Assembly: GCA_017991615.1 (NCBI GenBank)
Contig: JAGOQF010000001.1
Span: 1-51,018 of the forward strand
DNA length: 51,018 nucleotides
Direction: 5' to 3'
Source: Candidatus Shapirobacteria bacterium
Lineage (GTDB): Bacteria > Patescibacteriota > Microgenomatia > UBA12405
The position numbers were made by a program, and so were the translations under genes. Within the stretch, counting starts at the first letter, position 1; every line of letters starts with the position of its first letter. Below the pieces are notes generated by a model. It was not told where the DNA came from and did not search any database. It saw only the letters and a program-made list of their open reading frames with translations. This document shows positions 19,702-28,210 of the stretch, in pieces.

Positions 19702-21060
19702 ATGAGGATTCTTTTGGTGGATCCACCATTTCAAAGGTTTGTTGGGTTTTACAGGTTTTACTTTCCATTAGGATTGACTTATTTAGCGGCTGTTTTACAA
19801 AATGAAGGACACGAAGTTTTAATTTACGATGCAGAGCATGATTCTAAATGTATTAGTTTATCAACAAAAGATTTATCTCTTCAACACAATTTATACAAGA
19901 ATGCCTTAGAAGATGATTCTAACAGTATTTGGTTGGAGTATAAAAATATACTTAAACAATTTGATCCAGATATTGTTGGAATATCGGTTTTATCGGTTAA
20001 GCTTAAATCTGCTATCAAGATTGCACAAATAACTAAAAGTTATAAAGATTCTATATATATTGTTGCTGGTGGAGAACATGTTACTGCTAGGCCGAACGAT
20101 GTTTTGGATAACTTTTTTGATTTTGTTGTATGTGGTGAAGGAGAGTCTGGTATCTTGGATGTAGTAGAACAGGTTAAGAATAAAAAAATTGTAGAAAGAG
20201 TTTTAAAACCTGTTCTTATACAAGATTTAGATATGATACCGATGCCTTTGATAGATTCTCTTTTGGATGTTAAATCTTATAGACCAATTGATCTTGGCCT
20301 CATGATGACAGCAAGAGGTTGTCCATACAATTGTACATTTTGTGGACTTTCTCCAATATGGGGTCATCGTGTGCGATCTCATTCCCTTAAGAGAATAATT
20401 TCGGAGATAAAGTTAAGAATATTAAATTATAATGTAGATTATTTTTCGTTTAGAAATGGAACTTTTACCGTGAATCGAAATTGGGTTATTGATTTTTGTA
20501 ATGAATTAATAGCTAATTCGATTAATATACAATGGGAATGTTTGACAAGGGTCAATGTGATTGATGAAGAACTTATAGAAAAAATGATTAAAGCTGGTTG
20601 TGTGACTATAAGGATAGGTGTTGAGTCTGGTAGTCCAAAGATCCTTGAGTATATGGGAAAAGATATTACTTTAGATCAAGTTAGAAAGGCTGCTAGAATA
20701 CTAAATAATTCTGGGATATTCTGGTCAGCATATTTTATGCTTGGAGTTCCTCAAGAGACATTAGATACCATGGATGAAACTTTTAGGTTTATGAAGGAAA
20801 TTAATCCTCCTTTTGTTACATTGTCAAAATTTACTCCCCTGCCGGGAACTGAAATGTATGACGATGTTGTAAGATTAGGTCTTCTTAATCCAGATACGAC
20901 TGATTGGCTTTGGGGGGCAAATCAGTCAATTGATGAAGTATCTTTTGTTAAATACATGAGTCAGGATGAATTTTCTGATAAAATGTATGAAATTGCTCAG
21001 TATATTCAGAAGTATAATAAAGCCCATTTAATGAAAGATGCTAGAATGAAAAAAGATTAA
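19702..21060 (+). CDS. Cobalamin(B12)-binding radical SAM protein
   Basis: N-terminal PLGLTYLAAVL…PDIVGIS…IVAGGEH B12-binding domain; ARGCPYNCTFC CxxxCxxC; GVESGS, PLPGTE. Confidence 0.92.
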   Translation: MRILLVDPPFQRFVGFYRFYFPLGLTYLAAVLQNEGHEVLIYDAEHDSKCISLSTKDLSLQHNLYKNALEDDSNSIWLEYKNILKQFDPDIVGISVLSVKLKSAIKIAQITKSYKDSIYIVAGGEHVTARPNDVLDNFFDFVVCGEGESGILDVVEQVKNKKIVERVLKPVLIQDLDMIPMPLIDSLLDVKSYRPIDLGLMMTARGCPYNCTFCGLSPIWGHRVRSHSLKRIISEIKLRILNYNVDYFSFRNGTFTVNRNWVIDFCNELIANSINIQWECLTRVNVIDEELIEKMIKAGCVTIRIGVESGSPKILEYMGKDITLDQVRKAARILNNSGIFWSAYFMLGVPQETLDTMDETFRFMKEINPPFVTLSKFTPLPGTEMYDDVVRLGLLNPDTTDWLWGANQSIDEVSFVKYMSQDEFSDKMYEIAQYIQKYNKAHLMKDARMKKD

Positions 21061-21082
21061 TTAAAAATATTTAATTTCCATG

Positions 21083-21125
21083 GGGGAAAATGTATTGTTT
21101 TATACAATTATTTTTCCCCTTTTTT
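21083..21125 (+). terminator. Terminator-like hairpin between the two islet genes
   Basis: GGGGAAAA…TTTTCCCC outer stem with TGTAT/ATACA inner stem, followed by T6. Confidence 0.5.
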
Positions 21126-21145
21126 ATGTTATAAATAAGGGATGT

Positions 21146-21961
21146 ATGTCTGGTAAAAAGAGATCTATTCTTTTGTTGGGGTCGCAAGGTTTTCTAGGAA
21201 AAAGGATATTAGAATTGTATTTTAAAGACAAAAATGATTTATGGATTTCATCGAGGTCGAAAATAGATAACGCAGTTTTTAAATCGGTTGTGTTAGATTT
21301 AAACGATAAAAAAGGTGTGTGTAAAAAGGTTAATTTTGTGAAACCAGAGATAATAATTCATTGTGCGAGACTTAATCCTTATGATGATGATCCTGAAAAA
21401 ACCAAGGAAATTATAAATAATTTGGTTAAATTAGCTAATGAAAACTCAATTAAATTAATTTATATATCAAGTGATGCGGTTTTTGATGGAAAGAAAGGTT
21501 TTTATACAGAAACAGATATACCTAATCCGTTAACTGATTATGGTAAATCTAAGATGGCAGCGGAAAAAGCAATAAGGGAAAAGTGTAATAATTTTATAAT
21601 TATTAGAACGGCGAATATATATGGTAAAAGTGGAGGTAGTTATGATAAGAGAACTATTTCTTTAATGGATGAAGTGAAGTTGAATAAAGTTGCTTACAGA
21701 TTTAGCAATGTTTATAGATCATTTACCTTTGTTGATAGATTAGCAACCGCTTGTTTAGAATTAGCTGAGAGTGATTTTAAAGGAATTATAAACATAGCTG
21801 GGCCCAGAAGAAGTTTTTTTAAATTTAATAGAGATATTACTAAGATGATTGGACTTGATTTAAAGGTTGTCAAGAAAACAATTTTTGATGGAAACAATCC
21901 TTTATTGGCATTAGATACATCTTTAGATACCACTTTGGCTAGTAAATTAAAGTATTTGTGA
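21146..21961 (+). CDS. RmlD-like (dTDP-4-dehydrorhamnose reductase-like) extended SDR
   Basis: GSQGFLG, YISSDAVFDG..G.Y.E.D.PNPL..YGKSK..AE; ATG 21146 preceded by AAGGGA; the stop overlaps the tRNA-Val 3' end. Confidence 0.85.
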   Translation: MSGKKRSILLLGSQGFLGKRILELYFKDKNDLWISSRSKIDNAVFKSVVLDLNDKKGVCKKVNFVKPEIIIHCARLNPYDDDPEKTKEIINNLVKLANENSIKLIYISSDAVFDGKKGFYTETDIPNPLTDYGKSKMAAEKAIREKCNNFIIIRTANIYGKSGGSYDKRTISLMDEVKLNKVAYRFSNVYRSFTFVDRLATACLELAESDFKGIINIAGPRRSFFKFNRDITKMIGLDLKVVKKTIFDGNNPLLALDTSLDTTLASKLKYL

Positions 21962-22032
21962 GTCTAAGAGGATTCGAACCTCTGACCTCTTCGATGTCAA
22001 CGAAGCGCTCTAACCAACTGAGCTATAGACTC
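21959..22032 (-). tRNA. tRNA-Val(GAC)
   Basis: Cloverleaf on the minus strand: GAGTCTA/TAGACTC acceptor, CTTCG-TT GAC AT-CGAAG anticodon arm, TTCGAAT T-loop. Confidence 0.96.
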
Positions 22033-22054
22033 TTTGATAGTCAAAATTATATCA

Positions 22055-22627
22055 TTAGTTAGCAGACCGGGAAACACTGTGTTCACCGCTGAGAAGATAT
22101 TGTTCTCCCCCACCCTTTTTGTTTCTGACTGTACTCCAAAAAGCATTTTTACGGCTTTTTTTACGGTTGAAATTTTCTAACCAAAGGCAAGATTGATCAA
22201 TATTTTTTCGGAAGTTAATGATGAGATTTTTGATACGAGTCAGGAAATTGACTTGATATTGACTGACTTCGGCAATATTTTGGTTGGCAGTTTGAATAAT
22301 TTCGGTCTCGAGATTGTCGGTGCTGTGAATAAGATTTTTTATTTCTTGGCGGAGTTCTTCGATGGCAACATTAGTTTCTTGAAGTCGTTGGTTGACAAAA
22401 AGTGATTGTTCTTGAGAGAGCGGTTTAGTAAGAAATTCACGATTCCAATTGATTTGAGAAGGTTTGGTTTCAGCAGAACCAAAACGAATACTTTGACCGG
22501 GAAAAAGAGTGCCGGATTTTTTTGGGGTGACATGATTGTCGGGGAAATCTTTGAGAATTTCGCTGGTATTTTTAGAAGAAATAGTTTTATTTTTAGGATC
22601 GCGCTTAGACCCAAAACCACCTGCCAT
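22055..22627 (-). CDS. CPR-type hypothetical coiled-coil protein (DUF5660-like)
   Basis: C-terminal …WL…RKK…FW…GGGEQYLLSGEHSV; adjacent to tig; family name recalled, not searched. Confidence 0.5.
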   Translation of the reverse strand: MAGGFGSKRDPKNKTISSKNTSEILKDFPDNHVTPKKSGTLFPGQSIRFGSAETKPSQINWNREFLTKPLSQEQSLFVNQRLQETNVAIEELRQEIKNLIHSTDNLETEIIQTANQNIAEVSQYQVNFLTRIKNLIINFRKNIDQSCLWLENFNRKKSRKNAFWSTVRNKKGGGEQYLLSGEHSVSRSAN

Positions 22628-22646
22628 ATGAGTCTATTTTAACAAA

Positions 22647-23456
22647 TTATTGCTTTTTTAGAAATTCAAGAACTTTTTGTTGAGTGAGAAGATAATAGAG
22701 CATATTAGTGTTTTGAGACAGAGCTGGGTTTTTGGTAAGTAAATCTTTGGTGTCAGCTTCGGTGACTTCGATTTTATTGTCTTTAGCGATTTGAGTGATG
22801 GCTAGATTGATAGTCCATTCTTGAATAATTCGTTTTTTAAGTTCAGATTGATAATCTTCGAGGGTTTGTTTACGGGATTCTAGATATTGTTGAACGGTAA
22901 TCCCGGCTTGATTGGCTTGATCAATCAGGTGAGACAGATGATGTTGAAGATCTGATTGGATGAGTATTTCGGGTAAATCAAGTTTAGAATGTTTGACCAA
23001 AGTTTGAAGGATTTTATCCAGTCTGGCATTGTCATCCGACAGGGTTTTGTCTTTGTTTATAGATTTAATCTCTTTGAGATAATTTGGATCGAGATTAATT
23101 TCAGGCATTTCACTACCGGTAATTTCTATTTGCCAATCGTGTTCTAAATCGGGATTTTTATTTTTAAACTTTACTTGAGGTTGAATAATGGGTTTGAGTT
23201 GATGATCTTTGACAGCATCGGAATAGCGGTGAGAAATTAGATGACTGGCAACTTCTTCAAAAATTTTTTGAGGAGAAACCTGTGACTCGACGACACTTAA
23301 CGGAGCTTTACCTTTGCGGAAGCCTTTGGTTTCAAAATTGGCTTGAATTGATTTTAGAGTTTGCTGATATTCTTTTTGGATATCAGCCACTTTAATATTT
23401 AGGTTAAGAACGAATGATTTGTCCTTAAGTTTTTGAATTGAAGAGTTTGGTGTCAT
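22647..23456 (-). CDS. tig: Trigger factor, short form without the FKBP/PPIase domain
   Basis: GFRKGKAP ribosome-binding motif; 269 aa, N domain joined directly to the C domain. Confidence 0.85.
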   Translation of the reverse strand: MTPNSSIQKLKDKSFVLNLNIKVADIQKEYQQTLKSIQANFETKGFRKGKAPLSVVESQVSPQKIFEEVASHLISHRYSDAVKDHQLKPIIQPQVKFKNKNPDLEHDWQIEITGSEMPEINLDPNYLKEIKSINKDKTLSDDNARLDKILQTLVKHSKLDLPEILIQSDLQHHLSHLIDQANQAGITVQQYLESRKQTLEDYQSELKKRIIQEWTINLAITQIAKDNKIEVTEADTKDLLTKNPALSQNTNMLYYLLTQQKVLEFLKKQ

Positions 23457-23480
23457 AAGTGTGCTTATGATACCATAGAA

Positions 23481-24101
23481 ATGAGTATGGAAAGGTTAAT
23501 AAACCGGTTTAAAAAGGTGACAGTTTCGATGTTGGTGATGGTTTTTGGAGTGGTGATATTTTTTTGGGAATTGAACTATTTGGGACAGGTAAGTGAAAAA
23601 AAAGACGTTTCTAAAGTTTTGGGTGAGAGTAAGGTGTTAGACTTAACTATTGTAGGGTTGGAGGATAATGTTGATCAGATTAAAGTGAGAGAAACTATTG
23701 CTTCTGAAGATGCCAGACCAGTGATTATCAGAAAATATTTGGAAAAATATAAATCGCCTTTAGCTCCTTACTCTGATTTGATTTATCAAATTTCAAATGA
23801 TTACGGGTTTGAGTATTATTGGATAGTGGCCATAGCTCAGCAAGAGTCTAATTTGTGTAAAAAAATTCCTGAAGGGTCTCATAATTGTTGGGGATATGGA
23901 ATTCACAAAAGAGGAACTTTAAAATTTGAAAATTATGAGTTAGCTATAAAAAGTTATGCCAATTATTTAAAACGAGAGTATTTTGATAAAGGTTTAAATA
24001 CTCCGGAGTTGATTATGAAAAAGTATTGTCCAGGTTCTAACGGTTCTTGGGCAAAAGGGGTTTGGCAATTTATAAACGAGATGGAAAATGGTGATTTTTG
24101 A
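23481..24101 (+). CDS. Membrane-anchored lysozyme-fold / glucosaminidase-like protein
   Basis: N-terminal TM; VAIAQQESNL…NCWGYG…YCP…W pattern. Confidence 0.55.
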   Translation: MSMERLINRFKKVTVSMLVMVFGVVIFFWELNYLGQVSEKKDVSKVLGESKVLDLTIVGLEDNVDQIKVRETIASEDARPVIIRKYLEKYKSPLAPYSDLIYQISNDYGFEYYWIVAIAQQESNLCKKIPEGSHNCWGYGIHKRGTLKFENYELAIKSYANYLKREYFDKGLNTPELIMKKYCPGSNGSWAKGVWQFINEMENGDF

Positions 24102-24120
24102 TGTGTATTTAAGATGTATC

Positions 24121-24149
24121 TTGACATGTATATAATATTTTGATATACT
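24121..24149 (+). promoter_or_regulatory. Near-consensus sigma70 promoter upstream of efp
   Basis: TTGACA (24121-24126), 17-nt spacer, TATACT (24144-24149). Confidence 0.75.
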
Positions 24150-24223
24150 ACATATTAGATCCTGGGGTGGCTCCTCTAAAAAGCATGCTCTGGGATTTTT
24201 TTTGTGCTAAAATTCAATTTATT

Positions 24224-24787
24224 ATGGCAGTAATATCAACATCTCAGTTTAAACGAGGAATTTATATTATTTTTCAGAATGAACCCCATATGATTATGGA
24301 CACTTCATTTGTGTCGCCGGGAAAAGGTTCGGCATTTTACAGGACTAAACTAAAGAATCTCTATACAGGGAGAATAATAGAATATACTTATAAGTCGGGA
24401 GAGAAAGTTGAAGAAGTGTTGGTAGAAACTCATGAAGCGGAGTATTCTTATTTTGACGGTTCGAACTATGTGTTTATCGAACCGAGAACTTTTGAACAAT
24501 ACATGGTGCCGGTAGAAATTGTGGGAGAGGATAGGGTATATTTGAAGGAAGGGTTGCTTTACAGAATAAAATTTTATGAAGAAACTCCGGTGGGAATTAG
24601 TTTACCAAAGACAATTGCTTATACGGTGGTTGAGGCTGAAAATTCGGTAAAGGGAGATACAGCGACTAATGCTACAAAACTGGCGGTGTTGGATACTGGA
24701 TTAAAGGTGCAAGTGCCATTGTTTATTAAAACTGGTGAGGAAATTTTGGTGAGCACAGAAACGGGAGCTTATTTATCACGGAAGTAA
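24224..24787 (+). CDS. efp: Elongation factor P
   Basis: SPGKGSAF loop, GDTA..ATK.A.L.TG..VQVPLFIK.GE; real start is ATG 24224. Confidence 0.96.
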   Translation: MAVISTSQFKRGIYIIFQNEPHMIMDTSFVSPGKGSAFYRTKLKNLYTGRIIEYTYKSGEKVEEVLVETHEAEYSYFDGSNYVFIEPRTFEQYMVPVEIVGEDRVYLKEGLLYRIKFYEETPVGISLPKTIAYTVVEAENSVKGDTATNATKLAVLDTGLKVQVPLFIKTGEEILVSTETGAYLSRK

Positions 24788-24820
24788 GATATTTGCTAAA
24801 ATACGAGGTGAGTTGATAAT

Positions 24821-24893
24821 GGGTTTGTAGCTCAGTTGGTAGAGCGGTCGCCTCTTAAGCGATTGGTCGCGGGTTCGAGTCCCGCCGGACCCA
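24821..24893 (+). tRNA. tRNA-Lys(CTT)
   Basis: GTCGC-CT CTT AA-GCGAT anticodon arm; TTCGAGT T-loop. Confidence 0.95.
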
Positions 24894-24898
24894 CATAT

Positions 24899-24972
24899 GT
24901 CCCCATAGCTCAGTTGGATAGAGCGTCTCCCTTCTAAGGAGAAGGTCGCAGGTCCGATCCCTGCTGGGGATA
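24899..24972 (+). tRNA. tRNA-Arg(TCT)
   Basis: TCTCC-CT TCT AA-GGAGA anticodon arm; atypical T-loop TCCGATC. Confidence 0.9.
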
Positions 24973-24988
24973 CTTAGAGGTAATTTGA

Positions 24989-25060
24989 GCGCCTATAGCT
25001 CAATGGATAGAGTACTAGTCTTCGGAACTAGTGATGGGGGTTCGATTCCCTCTAGGCGTA
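24989..25060 (+). tRNA. tRNA-Arg(TCG)
   Basis: CTAGT-CT TCG GA-ACTAG anticodon arm. Confidence 0.93.
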
Positions 25061-25110
25061 CTGATTTAATATAGATATTTTAAAATAACCAAAGTTCGTT
25101 AAAATAAATT

Positions 25111-25180
25111 GTTGACCCCTGAGATCTGGGGCCTCGGTATTACATTAAGTAGTGCTGGGCACCAGATTTGAGGGGTTAAT
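25111..25180 (+). ncRNA. Putative 70-nt long-hairpin ncRNA of unknown family
   Basis: About 30 base pairs including 6 G-U, with 2 mismatches, 1 bulge and an ATTAA loop; TAAAAT at 25100-25105 just upstream. Confidence 0.5.
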
Positions 25181-25184
25181 TTTG

Positions 25185-25266
25185 GCCGCAGTGTTGAAAT
25201 TGGTAGACAAGCACGGCTTAGGACCGTGTGGGGTAACCCATGGAGGTTCGAGTCCTCTCTGCGGCA
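25185..25266 (+). tRNA. tRNA-Leu(TAG)
   Basis: CACGG-CT TAG GA-CCGTG anticodon arm; long variable arm. Confidence 0.95.
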
Positions 25267-25289
25267 CTTTGTTTTTATTTAGAGTAATA

Positions 25290-25613
25290 ATGAAAAGTAA
25301 AAACGTAAAGTTAGTTGTTTTTGTACCACTTACTCACGTTGATGTAGTACGTCAGGCGCTTGGAGAAGTCGGAGCGGGGAAAATTGGCAATTATGATTTT
25401 TGTTCTTTCTCTTCTCGTGGTGTTGGTCGATTCCGTGGAAATGAAAAGACAAATCCTACTATTGGTGAAACCGGTAAATATGAAGCAGTAGAAGAAGAAA
25501 AGATCGAAGTGGTTGTATCGAGAAAGATTTTAAAAGAAGTTGTTAAAAAAGTAAAAAGTGTTCATCCTTATGAAGAAGTTGCTTTTGATATTTATCCTTT
25601 AGAGGATTTGTAA
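25290..25613 (+). CDS. YqfO/NIF3 insertion-domain-like small protein
   Basis: KLVVFVP…GAGKIGNYDFCSF…G.FR…E.KIEV…HPYEEVAFDIYPL; real start is ATG 25290. Confidence 0.85.
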   Translation: MKSKNVKLVVFVPLTHVDVVRQALGEVGAGKIGNYDFCSFSSRGVGRFRGNEKTNPTIGETGKYEAVEEEKIEVVVSRKILKEVVKKVKSVHPYEEVAFDIYPLEDL

Positions 25614-25691
25614 TTCTTATATTAAGAGTTAATTTGGTTTTTCTAATCAGTTCAGTGTTAAGGATCGAATGTTGGTATATAATATTGATAT

Positions 25692-26810
25692 ATGAAGAAA
25701 ATAAAGATTTTGGTATTTTTGGCAGCAGTGTTAATTGGTTTAAGGTTAGTATCAACCGTGAAGGCAGAATCGAAGCTAGAAAGTTTGATGGTGGCTGGGG
25801 AAAATGTCAATACGGTAGGAAAGTTAGAGGGGACTTCGTTTCAGGCTGGGAAAAATATAAAAATAAATGCTGTAATTGACGGGATATTGTTCACTGCTGG
25901 AGAAAATGTATCTTTGGGTGGTGAAAGTGATTATTTGTTTGCTGCTGGTAGAACAGTCAGTCTGGAAGGTGAGGTGGTTAAAGATGCTTTTATGGCTGGA
26001 GCGAATGTTAGTTTGGAAAATGTGGTATTGGGAAGAGATGTTTATTTGGCTGGGGAAAATGTATCTTTGTCAGGAGATTTTGGGAGAAATGTATATGTTG
26101 GTGGTTCGGTAGTATCACTAGATGGAAATTATAAAGGTGATGTAGTGATTGAGGCTGGTAAGATTAAAATTCTTGATGGAGCTAAAATTGCTGGTAAATT
26201 GAAATATAATGATACAGCAGAGGTAGAGTTGTCAGATAAGGCGGTGATTGGGAACAAAGAGACTTTTAAAGGGGGTGTGGTTGATGATAATAAAGAAAAT
26301 ATTCGGGAAGTGGGTTTTAGGTCTGTTTTGTTTAGACTGATTAATGGTTTAGTTTTGGGTTGGTTAATGATTTGGTTGATGCCGTATGTATTTGAAAAAT
26401 TGGTTAAGAAAAATAAACCGCTAACTTTTAAGTTAGTAACTAAAAGGTTTTTTTGGGGTTTATTATGGTTGATAGGTTTGCCGTTTATTTTTGGACTGTC
26501 TTTGATAACTATGGTGGGAATGAGGACTGGATTAGCAATAATATTTATTTATGGATTGGTAATTAGCTTATCGGGAATATTAGTAGGTTATTTGATTGGA
26601 TGGAAGTTAAATTTGGTGGATCGTGAAAGAGTGGTTGATAAATATGCTAATTTTGGGATTGGTTATACAATTTTGACTTTAATTAGAAATATTCCAGGAT
26701 TTGGTTGGGTGGTGTCGTTTTTGATGGTGGTGGTGGGTGTAGGTTTAGGGTTTAATTTAATGATTGATCGTCGAAAAAGAATGACCTCGGTAATAAAATC
26801 AGAAAAATAG
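25692..26810 (+). CDS. Exported beta-helix (polymer-forming cytoskeletal-like repeat) protein with C-terminal multi-TM domain
   Basis: Signal peptide, repeated AGENVSL.G.V..D motifs, about 5 TM helices at the C-terminus. Confidence 0.7.
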   Translation: MKKIKILVFLAAVLIGLRLVSTVKAESKLESLMVAGENVNTVGKLEGTSFQAGKNIKINAVIDGILFTAGENVSLGGESDYLFAAGRTVSLEGEVVKDAFMAGANVSLENVVLGRDVYLAGENVSLSGDFGRNVYVGGSVVSLDGNYKGDVVIEAGKIKILDGAKIAGKLKYNDTAEVELSDKAVIGNKETFKGGVVDDNKENIREVGFRSVLFRLINGLVLGWLMIWLMPYVFEKLVKKNKPLTFKLVTKRFFWGLLWLIGLPFIFGLSLITMVGMRTGLAIIFIYGLVISLSGILVGYLIGWKLNLVDRERVVDKYANFGIGYTILTLIRNIPGFGWVVSFLMVVVGVGLGFNLMIDRRKRMTSVIKSEK

Positions 26811-26811
26811 T

Positions 26812-28191
26812 TTACTTTTTATGAAATAAATTTTTGATTTTGGACCAAAGATCGATTTTGGGATGGTAAAAGGTGGAATTTTCAGAAAAAAGGTTGATTT
26901 CGGTTTTAGGTAGGCCTTCCCATGAAAGGTAAATTTTTTTGGAGGCAGAAGGGTTTATTTTAAATTTGAAAGGAAAAATTTTGATTTGATCAGGATAGAT
27001 TCTGTCTGAAGGACTGGTGCAGATTTGATCAATTTCAATGGAGTCTGAAGCTGTCGGTTGGAGGCAAAAGTTAGTTTCTCCCCAAACTGATTGACCGATA
27101 TTTTTGAGGCTGATTTGAGCAGAATATTCGTGATTAGCAAAAATAAGGAAAGGAATTTGACTTTTGTAGAGTTCATATTTAGTAATTTGTTCGGGAGAAT
27201 TGGTTAATTTGGGAGTATTAACTACTTTTTGATATTCGGGATAAAGTTGTTCGTTTTGATCTAACCAAGAAAAGTGATCAAACGGGGGTTGGGGATAGTT
27301 GTAAATAAAAGGGGTGACAGCGGCAATTCTTTTGTCTGCTGACCAAATTTGATAAGCGTCAAGTAAAAATTGGGAAGTGGTTTTGGTAGTGTAAAAATTA
27401 TTTTTTTGACTAATCCCCTCTCGGTGAGGCCAACCGGTTTCGGTGATAAAAATGGGAAGATCTTTTTTGACTCCTAGTTTTTTGAGAGTTTCTATCTCCC
27501 ATTGGTAGCCAAGGATACTATGTTGGCCGGTATGGTAAGGTTTGCCAATAAAACCATGATTAGGATAGGAGTGAGATGCAAGGCCGTCGAGATAGTCAAA
27601 AAATTCTGGTTTATAATCATAAATTTGTTGGTAAAAAGATTTGGCGGAGAGATATTTGGGTAAAGCGTTGGGGGCGGCCAGGTCGAGAGCACCGTTGAGG
27701 ATAAAAAAATTAGGATTGAGAGATTTGAATTTATTAATGGCATAGAGACTAATGTCAACGTAGTTTTTGACATCGACCTGGCCGCCCCATTCTTGACCAT
27801 GATTGATTTCATTAAATAAGGAGATATATTGAGTTTTGATTGGCCAGTTGAGAGAGTGAAGAAAATTAGCCAAGTTATCAATGTCAGAAAAAGTGGGAGT
27901 TTTCCAATTACCGTTGTCAGAATAGGTGGCTAATCTGATAATAGGGATAAGGTGGTATCGGCGACAGTTGTCAAAGAAATCTTGCCAGGTGCGGTAGTCA
28001 AGTTGGTCGGTGCGAATAACAATGGTAACCCAACCCCAGTCCCCACCATTACTGTTAATAATGTCTTTGGCGGAGATGAGATCTTGTGTTTGGGTTAGAT
28101 GGAGGCCAAAGATATTTGGGGATGCTAAAATAGATTTATTAAAAATAACCCCAAAAAATAGAAATAAAATTAAAAAGAGAATTTTTTTCAA
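26812..28191 (-). CDS. Exported clan GH-A glycoside hydrolase (GH5/GH39-like) with C-terminal Ig-like domain
   Basis: Signal peptide; FNEIN acid/base motif, SHSYP, and FITETGW nucleophile motif. Confidence 0.7.
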   Translation of the reverse strand: MKKILFLILFLFFGVIFNKSILASPNIFGLHLTQTQDLISAKDIINSNGGDWGWVTIVIRTDQLDYRTWQDFFDNCRRYHLIPIIRLATYSDNGNWKTPTFSDIDNLANFLHSLNWPIKTQYISLFNEINHGQEWGGQVDVKNYVDISLYAINKFKSLNPNFFILNGALDLAAPNALPKYLSAKSFYQQIYDYKPEFFDYLDGLASHSYPNHGFIGKPYHTGQHSILGYQWEIETLKKLGVKKDLPIFITETGWPHREGISQKNNFYTTKTTSQFLLDAYQIWSADKRIAAVTPFIYNYPQPPFDHFSWLDQNEQLYPEYQKVVNTPKLTNSPEQITKYELYKSQIPFLIFANHEYSAQISLKNIGQSVWGETNFCLQPTASDSIEIDQICTSPSDRIYPDQIKIFPFKFKINPSASKKIYLSWEGLPKTEINLFSENSTFYHPKIDLWSKIKNLFHKK

Positions 28192-28210
28192 AGTAAGTTA
28201 ATTTTAACAA

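Larger units (their letters stand above)
19502..21979. mobile_element. tRNA-Val(GAC)-anchored islet (2 cargo genes, no integrase)
   Basis: Bounded by 24-bp direct repeats of the tRNA 3' end; first cargo gene has a perfect SD, unlike host genes. Confidence 0.75.

Noticed and set aside
25111-25180. Hairpin as SRP RNA, 6S RNA, a terminator or a CRISPR repeat
   Set aside because: No helix-8 GNRA motif, no central bubble and too short for 6S, stem far longer than a terminator and G-U-rich, and single copy
25152-25289. N-terminal extensions of ORFs running through tRNA genes (also 24140, 33480, 36447, 36547, 38531 and 38565)
   Set aside because: They overlap well-formed tRNAs or promoters and are chance open frames
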